Below are positions 1 to 8,585 of a DNA stretch of 12,317 bases, piece after piece. The translations under genes and the position numbers were made by a program. The stretch is from Candidatus Methylomirabilia bacterium (lineage in GTDB: Bacteria > Methylomirabilota > Methylomirabilia > Rokubacteriales > CSP1-6): the NCBI GenBank assembly GCA_041496385.1, contig JBGQEL010000126.1:1-12317 (forward strand), read 5' to 3'. Numbering within the stretch: position 1 is the stretch's first letter; each line of letters opens with the position of its first letter. The notes below the pieces were generated by a model. That model saw only the letters and a program-made list of their open reading frames with translations, was not told the origin of the DNA and searched no databases.

Positions 1-378
1 GGCCAGCGCGATGGCCACGATCAGGAACGGGATGGCCAGCATGGCGTCGGTGATACGCATGATAACTCCATCGAGCCACCCGCCGGCGTACCCCGAGAGG
101 AGCCCCAGCGGAATGCTGACCGCGACGGCGAGCGTGACCGGGATGACGCCGGCCAGGAGCGAGGCGCGCGCGCCCCAGATGAGGCGCGAGAGCACGTCGC
201 GGCCGGCCTCGTCGGTGCCGAGGCGGTGGAGCGCCGAGGGCGCCTTGCGGACGGCGAGGACGTTGGTCGCGTTCGGGTCGAACGGCGCCAGCCCGGGCGC
301 GCCGAGCGCGATGAGCAGGAACGCGGCGACGAAGAGGATGGCGATCAGGGCGGCCGGCCGGCGCAGGAGACGTCTCAT
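1..378 (-). CDS. Peptide/nickel-type ABC transporter permease, DppC/OppC family (N-terminal part; runs off window edge)
   Basis: Not in the ORF track; translated by hand from ATG at 378: MRRLLRRPAALIAILFVAAFLLIALGAPGLAPFDPNAT...APSALHRLGTDEAGRDVLSRLIWGARASLLAG...MRITDAMLAIPFLIVAIALA. HxLGTDxxGRDxxSR is the typical DppC motif. Starts 7 nt after the dppB-like stop. Confidence 0.93.
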   Translation of the reverse strand, partial: MRRLLRRPAALIAILFVAAFLLIALGAPGLAPFDPNATNVLAVRKAPSALHRLGTDEAGRDVLSRLIWGARASLLAGVIPVTLAVAVSIPLGLLSGYAGGWLDGVIMRITDAMLAIPFLIVAIALA

Positions 379-385
379 GCGCCGC

Positions 386-1339
386 TCACACCGAGCCCCG
401 GAGCCGCGGATTCACGAGGAAGTAGAGGACGTCGGCGACCAGGTTCAGGAGCACGTAGAGCCCCGCCGAGACGAGGACGACCCCCTGCACCACCGCGTAG
501 TCACGGTTGAACACGCCGTCCACCAGCAGCTTGCCGAATCCAGGAATCGCGAAGATCTGCTCGGTCAGCACGGCCCCGGACAGCAGGCGCCCGAACTCGA
601 TGGCGCCGAGCGTGATGACCGGGATCAGCGCGTTGCGGAGCGCGTGCTTGAGCACGACCATCCGCTCGGGCACGCTCTTGGCCCGCGCCGTGCGCACGTA
701 GTCGGTGCCGAGCGTCTCGAGCATGGCGCTGCGCGTGTGTCGCATCATGACGCCGGCCACGCCCGTGCCGAGGACGAACGACGGCAGCAAAATGGTCGAG
801 AGATTCCGGCGCAGGTCCTCCCACGGCGGCACGTAGCCCGAGGCCGGCAGCCAGCCCAGGCGCACCGCGAAGAGGAGGATCAGCATGATGCCGAGCCAGA
901 AGTGGGGCACCGAGAGCCCGGAGAGCGCCAGGAGGTTGGCGGTCACGTCGAGCGGCGTGCCCTTGCGCGCGGCCGAGACGATGCCCGCGGGAATGCCGAG
1001 TGCCAACGCGATGAGCATCGAGCAGACCGCGAGCTCGGCGGTCACCGGCAGCTTCGCGGCGAGCAGCTCCGCGACGGGAATCTTGTTGCGCAGCGACTCG
1101 CCGAAGTCGCCGCGCAGGGCGTTGCCGATCCAGATCGCGTACTGGACGGCGACGGGCCGGTCGAGGTGGTACTTGGCGCGGATCGCCGCGACCGCCACCG
1201 GGTCGTGCTCCTCCCCGGCCAGCGCCAGCGCCGGGTCGCCCGGCAGGAGCTGCTGGAGCGCGAAGATCAGCACGGAGACGACGACCAGCGTCGGCACGAG
1301 CACCGCCAGCCGGCGGGCGATGTAGAGCCCGAGCGTCAC
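386..1339 (-). CDS. Peptide/nickel-type ABC transporter permease, DppB/OppB family (317 aa)
   Basis: C-terminal part of the 386..2890 ORF. GTG start at 1339 overlaps the upstream TGA (GTGA). Motifs LLPGDPA, GDFGESL, DYVRTARAKS, HALRNALIPVIT, EQIFAIPGFG, RDYAVVQG. Confidence 0.94.
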   Translation of the reverse strand: MTLGLYIARRLAVLVPTLVVVSVLIFALQQLLPGDPALALAGEEHDPVAVAAIRAKYHLDRPVAVQYAIWIGNALRGDFGESLRNKIPVAELLAAKLPVTAELAVCSMLIALALGIPAGIVSAARKGTPLDVTANLLALSGLSVPHFWLGIMLILLFAVRLGWLPASGYVPPWEDLRRNLSTILLPSFVLGTGVAGVMMRHTRSAMLETLGTDYVRTARAKSVPERMVVLKHALRNALIPVITLGAIEFGRLLSGAVLTEQIFAIPGFGKLLVDGVFNRDYAVVQGVVLVSAGLYVLLNLVADVLYFLVNPRLRGSV

Positions 1340-2841
1340 GAAATCTTCAGGCCCCTCAGGCGGATGATCCCGTCCGGATGCGGCGTGAAACCCTGGATCC
1401 GCGCGCTGAAGCCGGTGAACACGCGCCGGTGCCAGAGATGGAGCCCGGGCGCGTCGCGCAGCAGGATCTCGGTCGCCTGGTCGTAGAGCCGCTTGCGCTC
1501 CGCGGGGTCGGCGACGTGGCGCGCCTTGGTCACGAGCGCGTCGAAGTCGGCGTTGCAGTACTTGCTGTCGTTCTGCGCGCCGTTGCACGTGTAGTGCGTG
1601 AAGATGTTGCCGTCCGGATCCGGCCGGCCGCTCCAGAACGTGAAGTAGGCCTCGAAGTCGCCCCGCCGGCCCGCCGTGAGCATCGTGACGTTCTCCTGCG
1701 TCTGGATCGTCATGGTGATCCCGGCCTCCGCGAGCATCGCCTGGATGATGAGCGAGGCCTCCTGCCGGTCGCGCTCGGGCGGCACGATGAGCGTGAAAGC
1801 CAGATTCGGCTGCCCGGCCTCGCGCAGGAGCTGGCGCGCGCGCGGCACGTCGCGCTTCCGGACCGGGAGCTTCGCGTTGTAGAAGAGGCTCGACGGGCTG
1901 ATCCACTGGTTCCCGGGGATGTACTCGTCGTTGAAGACGGCCTTGACGAGCGTCGCGCGGTCGATGGCGAGGTCGATCGCCTGGCGGAGGCGGACGTCCG
2001 ACAGCGTCTTGCTCCTGGGCCCGTTGTTCACGTTGAGCCGGATCACCTGGTAGCCCAGCTCGGGCACGCCCAGGAGCTTGAGCCGGCTGTCGGCGCGGAT
2101 CTCCGCGAGATCGGTCGGCGACGCGCGCTCGATCATGTGGAGGTCGCCCGAGCGCAGGCTCGCGAGGCGGGCCGTCGAGTCCGTGATCGGCACGAACTCG
2201 ACGCGGTCCAGGTGGATGCTCGCCTTGTCCCAGTGATCGGCGAAGCGCTCGAGCACGATCTTGCCCTGGGCGACGCGCTCGACGAACCTGAACGGGCCCG
2301 CGCACACGGGCCGCGTGCCGAACTTGTCGCCGAGCGCCTTCGCCGCCTTGGGCGAGACCATCATACCGGCGCGGTCGGTCAGCCCGGCGAGCAGCGGCAC
2401 GAGCGGCTCCGACAGGTTGAGCCGCACGGTGAGATCGTTGACGACGTCCACGCTCTTGATCTCGCCAATCTCGGACTTCCGGAACGAGCCCGGCGTGGTG
2501 AGATGCCGCTCGATGTTGAAGCGCACCGCCTCGGCGTTGAAGGGCTCGCCGTCGTGGAACCGGACGCCGGGGCGCAGCTTGAGTACGACCGAGCGGTTGT
2601 CGGCCGCCCACTCGTAGCCCGTGGCGAGCTGGGGCACGAGCTTGAGGTCCGGCGTGACGTCGAAGAGCTTGTCGCAGAGCGCGGCGAAGACCAGCCGCCC
2701 GACGTAGGCGCGGCTGATGGTCGGGTCGAGCGCGTCGGGGTCGTCGTTGAGACCGATGCGCAGCACGCTCTGCGCCGAGCAGGTGCCGGCAGCGAGCATC
2801 ACGAACGCCGCCACGGCTATCAAAGTGCGTCTCGGGCTCAT
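1336..2841 (-). CDS. ABC transporter substrate-binding protein, family 5 (DppA/OppA-like), 501 aa
   Basis: N-terminal signal peptide; DPDALDP, LVPQLATGYEW, LRPGVRFHDGEPFNAEAVRFN, GPFRF, DVRLRQAIDLAIDR. GGAGG Shine-Dalgarno at 2847-2851. Confidence 0.95.
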   Translation of the reverse strand: MSPRRTLIAVAAFVMLAAGTCSAQSVLRIGLNDDPDALDPTISRAYVGRLVFAALCDKLFDVTPDLKLVPQLATGYEWAADNRSVVLKLRPGVRFHDGEPFNAEAVRFNIERHLTTPGSFRKSEIGEIKSVDVVNDLTVRLNLSEPLVPLLAGLTDRAGMMVSPKAAKALGDKFGTRPVCAGPFRFVERVAQGKIVLERFADHWDKASIHLDRVEFVPITDSTARLASLRSGDLHMIERASPTDLAEIRADSRLKLLGVPELGYQVIRLNVNNGPRSKTLSDVRLRQAIDLAIDRATLVKAVFNDEYIPGNQWISPSSLFYNAKLPVRKRDVPRARQLLREAGQPNLAFTLIVPPERDRQEASLIIQAMLAEAGITMTIQTQENVTMLTAGRRGDFEAYFTFWSGRPDPDGNIFTHYTCNGAQNDSKYCNADFDALVTKARHVADPAERKRLYDQATEILLRDAPGLHLWHRRVFTGFSARIQGFTPHPDGIIRLRGLKIS

Positions 2842-2852
2842 CGGGTCCTCCC

Positions 2853-5024
2853 TCAGGGGTGTGCTTCGGCGAGCGTCCCGCGGCCGTCAACCGCGACCGC
2901 GCCCGCGCCGTCGCTGCCGACGATCAGCGGGTTGATCTCGAGATCGACCAGCCGCCGTCCGAGATCGGCGGCCAGCCACGACACACGCACCACGGCATCG
3001 ACGACCGCCGCGACGTCGAGCGGGGCCCGTCCGCGCGCGCCCGTGAAGAGCGGCGCCGCGCGGAGCGAGTCGAGCATGGCCCGCGCGCGCGCGGGGCTCA
3101 GGGGCGCCGGCGCGAGCGCGACGTCCTTCAGGATCTCGACCGCGATGCCGCCGAGGCCGGCGACCACGACCGGGCCGAAGTGCGGATCGCGCCGCGCGCC
3201 CACGATGACTTCCGCCTCGCCCTGGACGGTCTCCTGCACCAGGTAACCCTCGAGGCGGGCCGCGGGCGCCGTGCGCGCGAGCGCCCCGGCCATCTCGCGC
3301 GCGGCCGCCACCACGGCCTCGGGCGACGCCAGGCCCAGGCGCACGGCGCCGACGTCGCTCTTGTGCACGACCTCGCGCGAGACCGCCTTGAGCACGACCG
3401 GGAAGCCCAGCCGGGCCGCCGCCGCGCCCGCGGCCTCGGGGGTCGGCGCCACGGCCTCGCGCGCCACCTTCACGCCGTAGGCGCCGAGGAGCCGCTTCAC
3501 CTCGCCATCGGCGAGCGGGCCCAGGGGAAGGCGCGCGAGCTCCGAGGCCTCCGGCAGGTCGGCCGGCCGCGTCACCGGCGCCGGGGCGACGGCGCGCAGA
3601 ACGTCGTGCTCGGCGACGAGCGCCAGCACGCGGAGCGCGTCCTCGAAGCGGTCGAAGTAGAACTGGCCGATGTCGCGCAGCGCCTGGCGCGGCGCGTTCG
3701 CCGCGGCGCCCGGCGTGAGCGTGATCAGCACGGGCTTGTCGGCCGCCTGCGCCGCCTGGCCGATCAGCTTCGTGCGGGTCGCGAAGAACGGCATCGAGGT
3801 CAGGATGGCCAGGCCGTAGGCCACATCGGGATCGGCGAACAGGATGCGCGCCGCGTCGCCGGCGATGTCGATCTCCTCGGGCTTCTTGCGCCCGCCGAGG
3901 TCGATCGGATTGTCGGCCTGCGGCGGAAGCAGCAGCTCGCCGAGCGCCGCGCGCGTCGGGGGCGCCAGCACGGCGAGTCTGAGCCCCAGCTCGCTGACGC
4001 GGTCCGCGGCGATGCCGGTGCCGCCGCCCGAGGACGACAGGATGCCGACGCCGCCGCGGCGCGGCTTGCCGTGGCGGACGAGGACGTGGGCGGCGCGCAC
4101 CATGTCGTCGGGGTCCTGGGCGATCACCGCGCCCTCCTCGCGGCAGACCGCCTGGAACACCTCGAACGAGCCGGCCAGGCTCGCCGTGTGCGAGCGCGCC
4201 GAGACCACGCCGGCCTCGGTGCGTCCGGTCTTGACCAGCAGCAGCGGCTTGCCCGCCGCGCGGGCGGCGGCCGCGCACCGCCGGAAGCGCGCGCCGTCGA
4301 GCAGGCCCTCGACGTAGACGCAGATCGCCTCCGTCGCCGGGTCCTCGACCATGTACTCGATGAAGTCGCACAGCTCCAGATCCGCCTGGTTGCCGAGCGA
4401 GACGCAGTGGCGGAAGCCGATGCCGTCGGTGGCGGCGCGGTCGAAGATCGACACCATGAGGGCGCCGCTCTGGCTGACGAGCCCGATGCGGCCGTCGCCC
4501 AGGCCGTCGCGCTCGAGGACGACCGACGAGCAGAGCGCCATGCTGTGGTGCGGCACGATCAGGCCCATGCAGTTGGGCCCGACCAGGCGCAGGCCGGTGC
4601 GGCGCGCGATCTCGACGAGGGCGGCCTGGCGTGCGGATCCCGTCTCGCCCGCCTCGGCGAAGCCGGTCGAGATGATGACGCAGCAGCCGACGCCCGCGTC
4701 CGCCGCCTCGCTCACGCTCTGCACGAGCGCGTCGGCCGGCACGGCGAGGATGGCGACGTCGGCCGGCGCGGGCGCCGCGCCGATCGCCGGGTACGCCTTG
4801 CGGCCGACCACCTCGGCGCGCCGCGGGTTGATCGGGTAGATCGCCCCCGCGAAGCCGTGGCGGACGAGAAAGTGCATGATGCGCCCGCCGAACTTGTCCT
4901 TGCTGTCGGAGGCGCCGAACACCGCCACCGAGCGAGGGTGCAGGATGCGCTCGGGGCCGCAGCGCGGCGCGGCGCGCGCGGCGGCGGCGAGCTCCGTGGT
5001 GTGCAGGACGGGCGCGGTCGTCAC
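2853..5024 (-). CDS. NDP-forming acyl-CoA synthetase (acetate--CoA ligase family), fused alpha-beta with C-terminal ATP-grasp, 723 aa
   Basis: C-terminal part of the 2853..6620 ORF. GTG at 5024 overlaps the ACAD stop. Motifs PRSVAVFGAS, YPINP, GPNCMG, SQSGA, SLGNQAD, SHTASLAGS (phospho-His, codon 4188-4190), NPIDL, GFPVVLK, HKSDVGAV, DPHFGP, LEINPL. Confidence 0.93.
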   Translation of the reverse strand: MTTAPVLHTTELAAAARAAPRCGPERILHPRSVAVFGASDSKDKFGGRIMHFLVRHGFAGAIYPINPRRAEVVGRKAYPAIGAAPAPADVAILAVPADALVQSVSEAADAGVGCCVIISTGFAEAGETGSARQAALVEIARRTGLRLVGPNCMGLIVPHHSMALCSSVVLERDGLGDGRIGLVSQSGALMVSIFDRAATDGIGFRHCVSLGNQADLELCDFIEYMVEDPATEAICVYVEGLLDGARFRRCAAAARAAGKPLLLVKTGRTEAGVVSARSHTASLAGSFEVFQAVCREEGAVIAQDPDDMVRAAHVLVRHGKPRRGGVGILSSSGGGTGIAADRVSELGLRLAVLAPPTRAALGELLLPPQADNPIDLGGRKKPEEIDIAGDAARILFADPDVAYGLAILTSMPFFATRTKLIGQAAQAADKPVLITLTPGAAANAPRQALRDIGQFYFDRFEDALRVLALVAEHDVLRAVAPAPVTRPADLPEASELARLPLGPLADGEVKRLLGAYGVKVAREAVAPTPEAAGAAAARLGFPVVLKAVSREVVHKSDVGAVRLGLASPEAVVAAAREMAGALARTAPAARLEGYLVQETVQGEAEVIVGARRDPHFGPVVVAGLGGIAVEILKDVALAPAPLSPARARAMLDSLRAAPLFTGARGRAPLDVAAVVDAVVRVSWLAADLGRRLVDLEINPLIVGSDGAGAVAVDGRGTLAEAHP

Positions 5025-6154
5025 ACGAAGGCCGGCATGCCGAGCAGCTCGCGCCCGATGATCAGGCGCTGGATGTTCGCCGTGCCGTCGATGGCCGTCA
5101 GCATGCAGCAGTCGCGCCAGCAGCGCTCCACGCCCGCCTCGACGGCCAGGCCCCAGGCGCCCATGCACTCCATCGCGACCTGGCAGGTGCGGATCGCCGT
5201 CTCGACCGCGAACAGCTTCGCCATGGACACGTCGCAGGGCGCGCGCCGGCCGGCGTCGAGGATGGCGAGCGCGTTGAGGCAGAGAAGCCGTGCGGCCTGC
5301 AGCCGGGTCGCCGCCTCGGCGAGCGCCATCTGGACGCCCTGGAACTTGCCGATCGGCCGGCCGAACGCGGTGCGCTCCCTGGCGTAGGCCAGGGCCCGGT
5401 CGAGCGCCTGACGCGCGATGCCCGCCGCCTGGATGCCGACGAAGACGCGCGAGGACTCGATGCCGCGATGAAACTGCTCGGCCCCTGCCCCGGCGGCGCC
5501 CAGGATGTTCTCTCGCGGCACGCGCACGTCCTCGAAGGTCAGCTCGGCGAAGGAGAGGTTCTTGATCCCGACGGCGTCCATCTCGCGGCTCTGCCACGGC
5601 GAGACCGCGTGCTCGACGACGAGCCGGCTCAGCCCGCCCTCGGCGTCCACCACCATGAGCGTCATCAGGTCGCTCACGCCGCCGAGCTTGATCCAGCGTT
5701 TCTGACCATTGACGACGTACGCGTCGCCCCGCAGCACGGCCGTGGTCTTGAAGCCGCGCATGTCCGAGCCGGCCTGCGGCTCGGTGATCGCCGCCGTCGA
5801 GACCCAGTCGCCCGAGAAGAGCTTCGGCAGCCAGCGGCGCTTCTGCGCCTCGCTGCCGAGGTAGTTGATCGTGCGCGGCGGCACCACCTCGCCCAGCACG
5901 ACGGGCCCCCACGCGAGCGCCTCGAGGAGCAACCCGTAGTCCACGTAGCTCAGACCGGCGCCGCCGAAGTCGCGACCGATCGTGCTCCCGAGGTAGCCGA
6001 GCGGCTGGAGCGCCTTGTAGATGGCGCGCAGGTGCTCGGCGGTCAGCTTCCCGCCGTCGGGGACGCCCGCGACGATCGGTCTCACGACGCGCTCGACGGC
6101 GGCGCGCGCGGCCTCCTGCAGCTCGAGCTGGGCCCGTGTCTCGGCGAAGGACAT
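5021..6154 (-). CDS. Acyl-CoA dehydrogenase family flavoprotein, 377 aa
   Basis: AITEPQAGSD, VNGQKRWI, ERTAFGRPIGKFQGVQ, SMAKLFA, ERCWRD...IDGTANIQRLIIGR. Its ATG directly abuts the upstream TAG. Confidence 0.95.
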   Translation of the reverse strand: MSFAETRAQLELQEAARAAVERVVRPIVAGVPDGGKLTAEHLRAIYKALQPLGYLGSTIGRDFGGAGLSYVDYGLLLEALAWGPVVLGEVVPPRTINYLGSEAQKRRWLPKLFSGDWVSTAAITEPQAGSDMRGFKTTAVLRGDAYVVNGQKRWIKLGGVSDLMTLMVVDAEGGLSRLVVEHAVSPWQSREMDAVGIKNLSFAELTFEDVRVPRENILGAAGAGAEQFHRGIESSRVFVGIQAAGIARQALDRALAYARERTAFGRPIGKFQGVQMALAEAATRLQAARLLCLNALAILDAGRRAPCDVSMAKLFAVETAIRTCQVAMECMGAWGLAVEAGVERCWRDCCMLTAIDGTANIQRLIIGRELLGMPAFV

Positions 6155-6934
6155 CTACCGGCCCCTGAAGACGGGCGCGCGCTTCTCGCGGAACGCCGCG
6201 ACGCCCTCGCGGAAGTCGTCCGACGCGCTGCCGATCTCGGCCCAGCGCGTCTCGAGCTCCTGCGCCACGCTCGGCGTCAGCCAGTACTGGGCGCGCACCG
6301 TCTCCTTGACCGCGCGGAACGTGATCGGCGCGCCGCCGGCGACGCGCGCCGACAGGCGCGCCACCTCGGCGTCGAAGCTCGCGTCCGGGATGACGCGCGT
6401 GACCAGCCCGATGTCGCGCGCCGCGTCGGCGCCCAGGTCCTCGCCGAGGATCAGCATGTCGAGCGTGCGATTGCGCCCGATGTAGTGCGTGAGGCGGGCC
6501 AGGCTCATGCCCCAGCTCGGCACCACGCCGATGTAGGCGTCGCCCGTCCGGAATTTGGCGGTCGAAGATGCCAGGCGCACGTCGCAGGCCATGGCGATCG
6601 CGAAGCCGCCGCCAATGCACCAGCCGCGGATCGCGGCGAGGACGGGCTTGGGAATCGTCTCGAGCCGGTCCACGACGCGGCGGCCGAGCTCGCGGAAGCT
6701 CACGGCCTCATCCGCCGCGCGCGGGCCGCTCGCGAGATCCGCGCCGGCGGAGAACGCCTTGCCGCCCGAGCCCGTGAGCACGATGCAGCGGGTCGCGTCG
6801 CGGGCCTCGAGCGCGTCAAGCGCGGCCAGGACGTCCTGCATCAGGCCCGGCGAGACCGCGTTCACCGGCGGGCGGCTCAGGGTGATGGTCGAGACGCCGT
6901 CCTGGTGATCGAGGCGGATCGTGTCGTACGTCAT
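6155..6934 (-). CDS. Enoyl-CoA hydratase/isomerase (crotonase superfamily) protein, 259 aa
   Basis: Start re-assigned to ATG 6934 (MTYDTIRLD), which overlaps the amidase TGA and follows a GGAGG. Motifs ITLSRPPVNA, AFSAGADL, KPVLAAIRGWCIGGG...ACD, DFREGVAAFREKRAPVFRG. Confidence 0.94.
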   Translation of the reverse strand: MTYDTIRLDHQDGVSTITLSRPPVNAVSPGLMQDVLAALDALEARDATRCIVLTGSGGKAFSAGADLASGPRAADEAVSFRELGRRVVDRLETIPKPVLAAIRGWCIGGGFAIAMACDVRLASSTAKFRTGDAYIGVVPSWGMSLARLTHYIGRNRTLDMLILGEDLGADAARDIGLVTRVIPDASFDAEVARLSARVAGGAPITFRAVKETVRAQYWLTPSVAQELETRWAEIGSASDDFREGVAAFREKRAPVFRGR

Positions 6935-8367
6935 CGGGAGCCCTCCATGGGCGGACGGCGCGTGGACCAGTCGACCTGCTGCTCGTACGCGTGGGCCGCG
7001 CGCAGGATCGTCGCTTCCTCGAACGGACGCCCGAGGAGCTGGGCGCTCAGCGGAAGCCCCGCGCGCGTGAAGCCGCACGGCAGGGCGAGCGCCGGAACGC
7101 CCGCCAGCGCCGCGGGCGTCACGTAGGACCGGCGCGCGAAGAACCGGCCCGCGACCTGCTCGCGGGACGTGATGGGCGCCTGGCCCGCGGCGATGAGCGG
7201 CGCGGCCTGGTGAGCGGTGGGACAGAGGAGCATGTCGTGGCGGTCGAGCGCGGCGCGGAGCTGCGCGCGGAGGAGCGCGCGCGCGCGCGCGGCCTGATGA
7301 TAGGCCGCGGCGGGAATGAGGCTCGCCGTCAGGAGACGCCGGCGCGTGCCCTGGTCGTAGTCGGCCGGACGCGAGCGGAGCCAGCGCTGGTGCAGCCCGG
7401 CGCCGTCCGAATCGGCCAGCGCCATGAAGATCGCCCCCGCGAGGGGCACGAGCGGCAACGACGTCTCCTCGACCGTCGCCCCGAGCCCCTCCAGACGCCG
7501 CCCCGTCTCGACGACGGCGTCGCGCATCTCGGCATCCGTGCTGGGCCCGAAGGTCAGCTCGCGGATCAGCCCGACCCGCACGCCCTTCACGCCGTCCCGC
7601 AGCGTCGTCGAGTAGTCCGGCACGGGACGCCGGCTCGTCAGCGGGTCCTCCGGGTCATGGCCGGCGATCGCGCGGAGGAGGAGCGCCGCGTCCTCGACGG
7701 TGCGCGTGAGCGGCCCGGCCGCGTCCATCGACCAGCTCAGCGGAAAGCTGCCCTGGCGGGAGACGCGTCCCCACGTCGGCCGGAGCCCGACGACGCCGCA
7801 CCAGGACGCGGGCGATCTGACCGAACCGCCGGTGTCCTCGCCGAGCGCCGCGGCGCAGAGCGCGGCCGCCACGGCGATGCCCGAGCCCGACGAGGAGCCA
7901 CCGGGATCGTGGTCGAGGTTCCAGGGATTGCGCGGCTGGCCGAACGGGAACCGCTGCGTCCCGCCGAGGGCGAACTCGGTGAGGTTCAGCTTGCCGAGAA
8001 GAATGCCGCCGGCCGCGTCCAGGCGGCGGACGGCCGTCGCGCTCCCCGCGGGCACGTGCGCCTCGAGGATGCGCGAGCCGCACGTGGTGCGCACGCCGGC
8101 CGTGTCGAACTGGTCCTTCACGGCGTACGGCACGCCGTGGAGTGCGCCGAGGGTCTCGCCGCGCATCACGGCGGCCTCGGCCCTTCGCGCTGCCTCCAGC
8201 GCCGCCTCGGGGAGCACGGTGATGTACGCGCGCAGGCGGCCGTCGAGCGTCTCGATGCGCGCCAGGTACATCTGCACCAGCTCGACGGGCGAGACCTTCC
8301 GCGCGCGCACCAGCTCCGCGAGCCTGGCCGCGCCGAGAAACGCGAGGTCGTCGCGGTCCGGCGTCAT
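6931..8367 (-). CDS. Amidase-signature family amidase (GatA/AtzE-like), 478 aa
   Basis: LHGVPYAVKD (catalytic Lys), GKLNLTEFA, RNPWN, PGGSSSGS (cis-Ser), GEDTGGSVRSPASWCG (nucleophilic Ser). Ser-cisSer-Lys triad is intact. Confidence 0.95.
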   Translation of the reverse strand: MTPDRDDLAFLGAARLAELVRARKVSPVELVQMYLARIETLDGRLRAYITVLPEAALEAARRAEAAVMRGETLGALHGVPYAVKDQFDTAGVRTTCGSRILEAHVPAGSATAVRRLDAAGGILLGKLNLTEFALGGTQRFPFGQPRNPWNLDHDPGGSSSGSGIAVAAALCAAALGEDTGGSVRSPASWCGVVGLRPTWGRVSRQGSFPLSWSMDAAGPLTRTVEDAALLLRAIAGHDPEDPLTSRRPVPDYSTTLRDGVKGVRVGLIRELTFGPSTDAEMRDAVVETGRRLEGLGATVEETSLPLVPLAGAIFMALADSDGAGLHQRWLRSRPADYDQGTRRRLLTASLIPAAAYHQAARARALLRAQLRAALDRHDMLLCPTAHQAAPLIAAGQAPITSREQVAGRFFARRSYVTPAALAGVPALALPCGFTRAGLPLSAQLLGRPFEEATILRAAHAYEQQVDWSTRRPPMEGSR

Positions 8368-8546
8368 GGCTCGTCCGGCAGCACCGGAAAAGGCTCGATC
8401 GTGTGAAGCGGAAGCTCGGCGAGGGGCGCCAGCGCCTCGAGGAGCGCGTTCAGCCGGTGGGTCACCTCCGCGATGTCGTCGGGCGTGACGGGCAGCCCGA
8501 GGGCCGCCGCCGTCGCCGCCACGTGCTCCGGGGTCAGCTCCGTCAT
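8364..8546 (-). CDS. Small GatC/AtzG-like amidase partner protein, 60 aa
   Basis: MTELTPEHVAATAAALGLPVTPDDIAEVTHRLNALLEALAPLAELPLHTIEP resembles the GatC pattern (lt.e.v..lA.la.L.l..ee.......l..il.....l.eld...veP). Stop overlaps the amidase ATG (ATGA 8364-8367). Confidence 0.8.
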   Translation of the reverse strand: MTELTPEHVAATAAALGLPVTPDDIAEVTHRLNALLEALAPLAELPLHTIEPFPVLPDEP

Positions 8547-8585
8547 CGCGCTAGCAGGCCGGGCGCCGTGACCCCGCCTCCCGTC

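Noticed and set aside
6931..8546. Calling the pair gatC/gatA of the tRNA amidotransferase
   Set aside because: No gatB follows, the small protein is shorter than typical GatC, and the context is catabolic.
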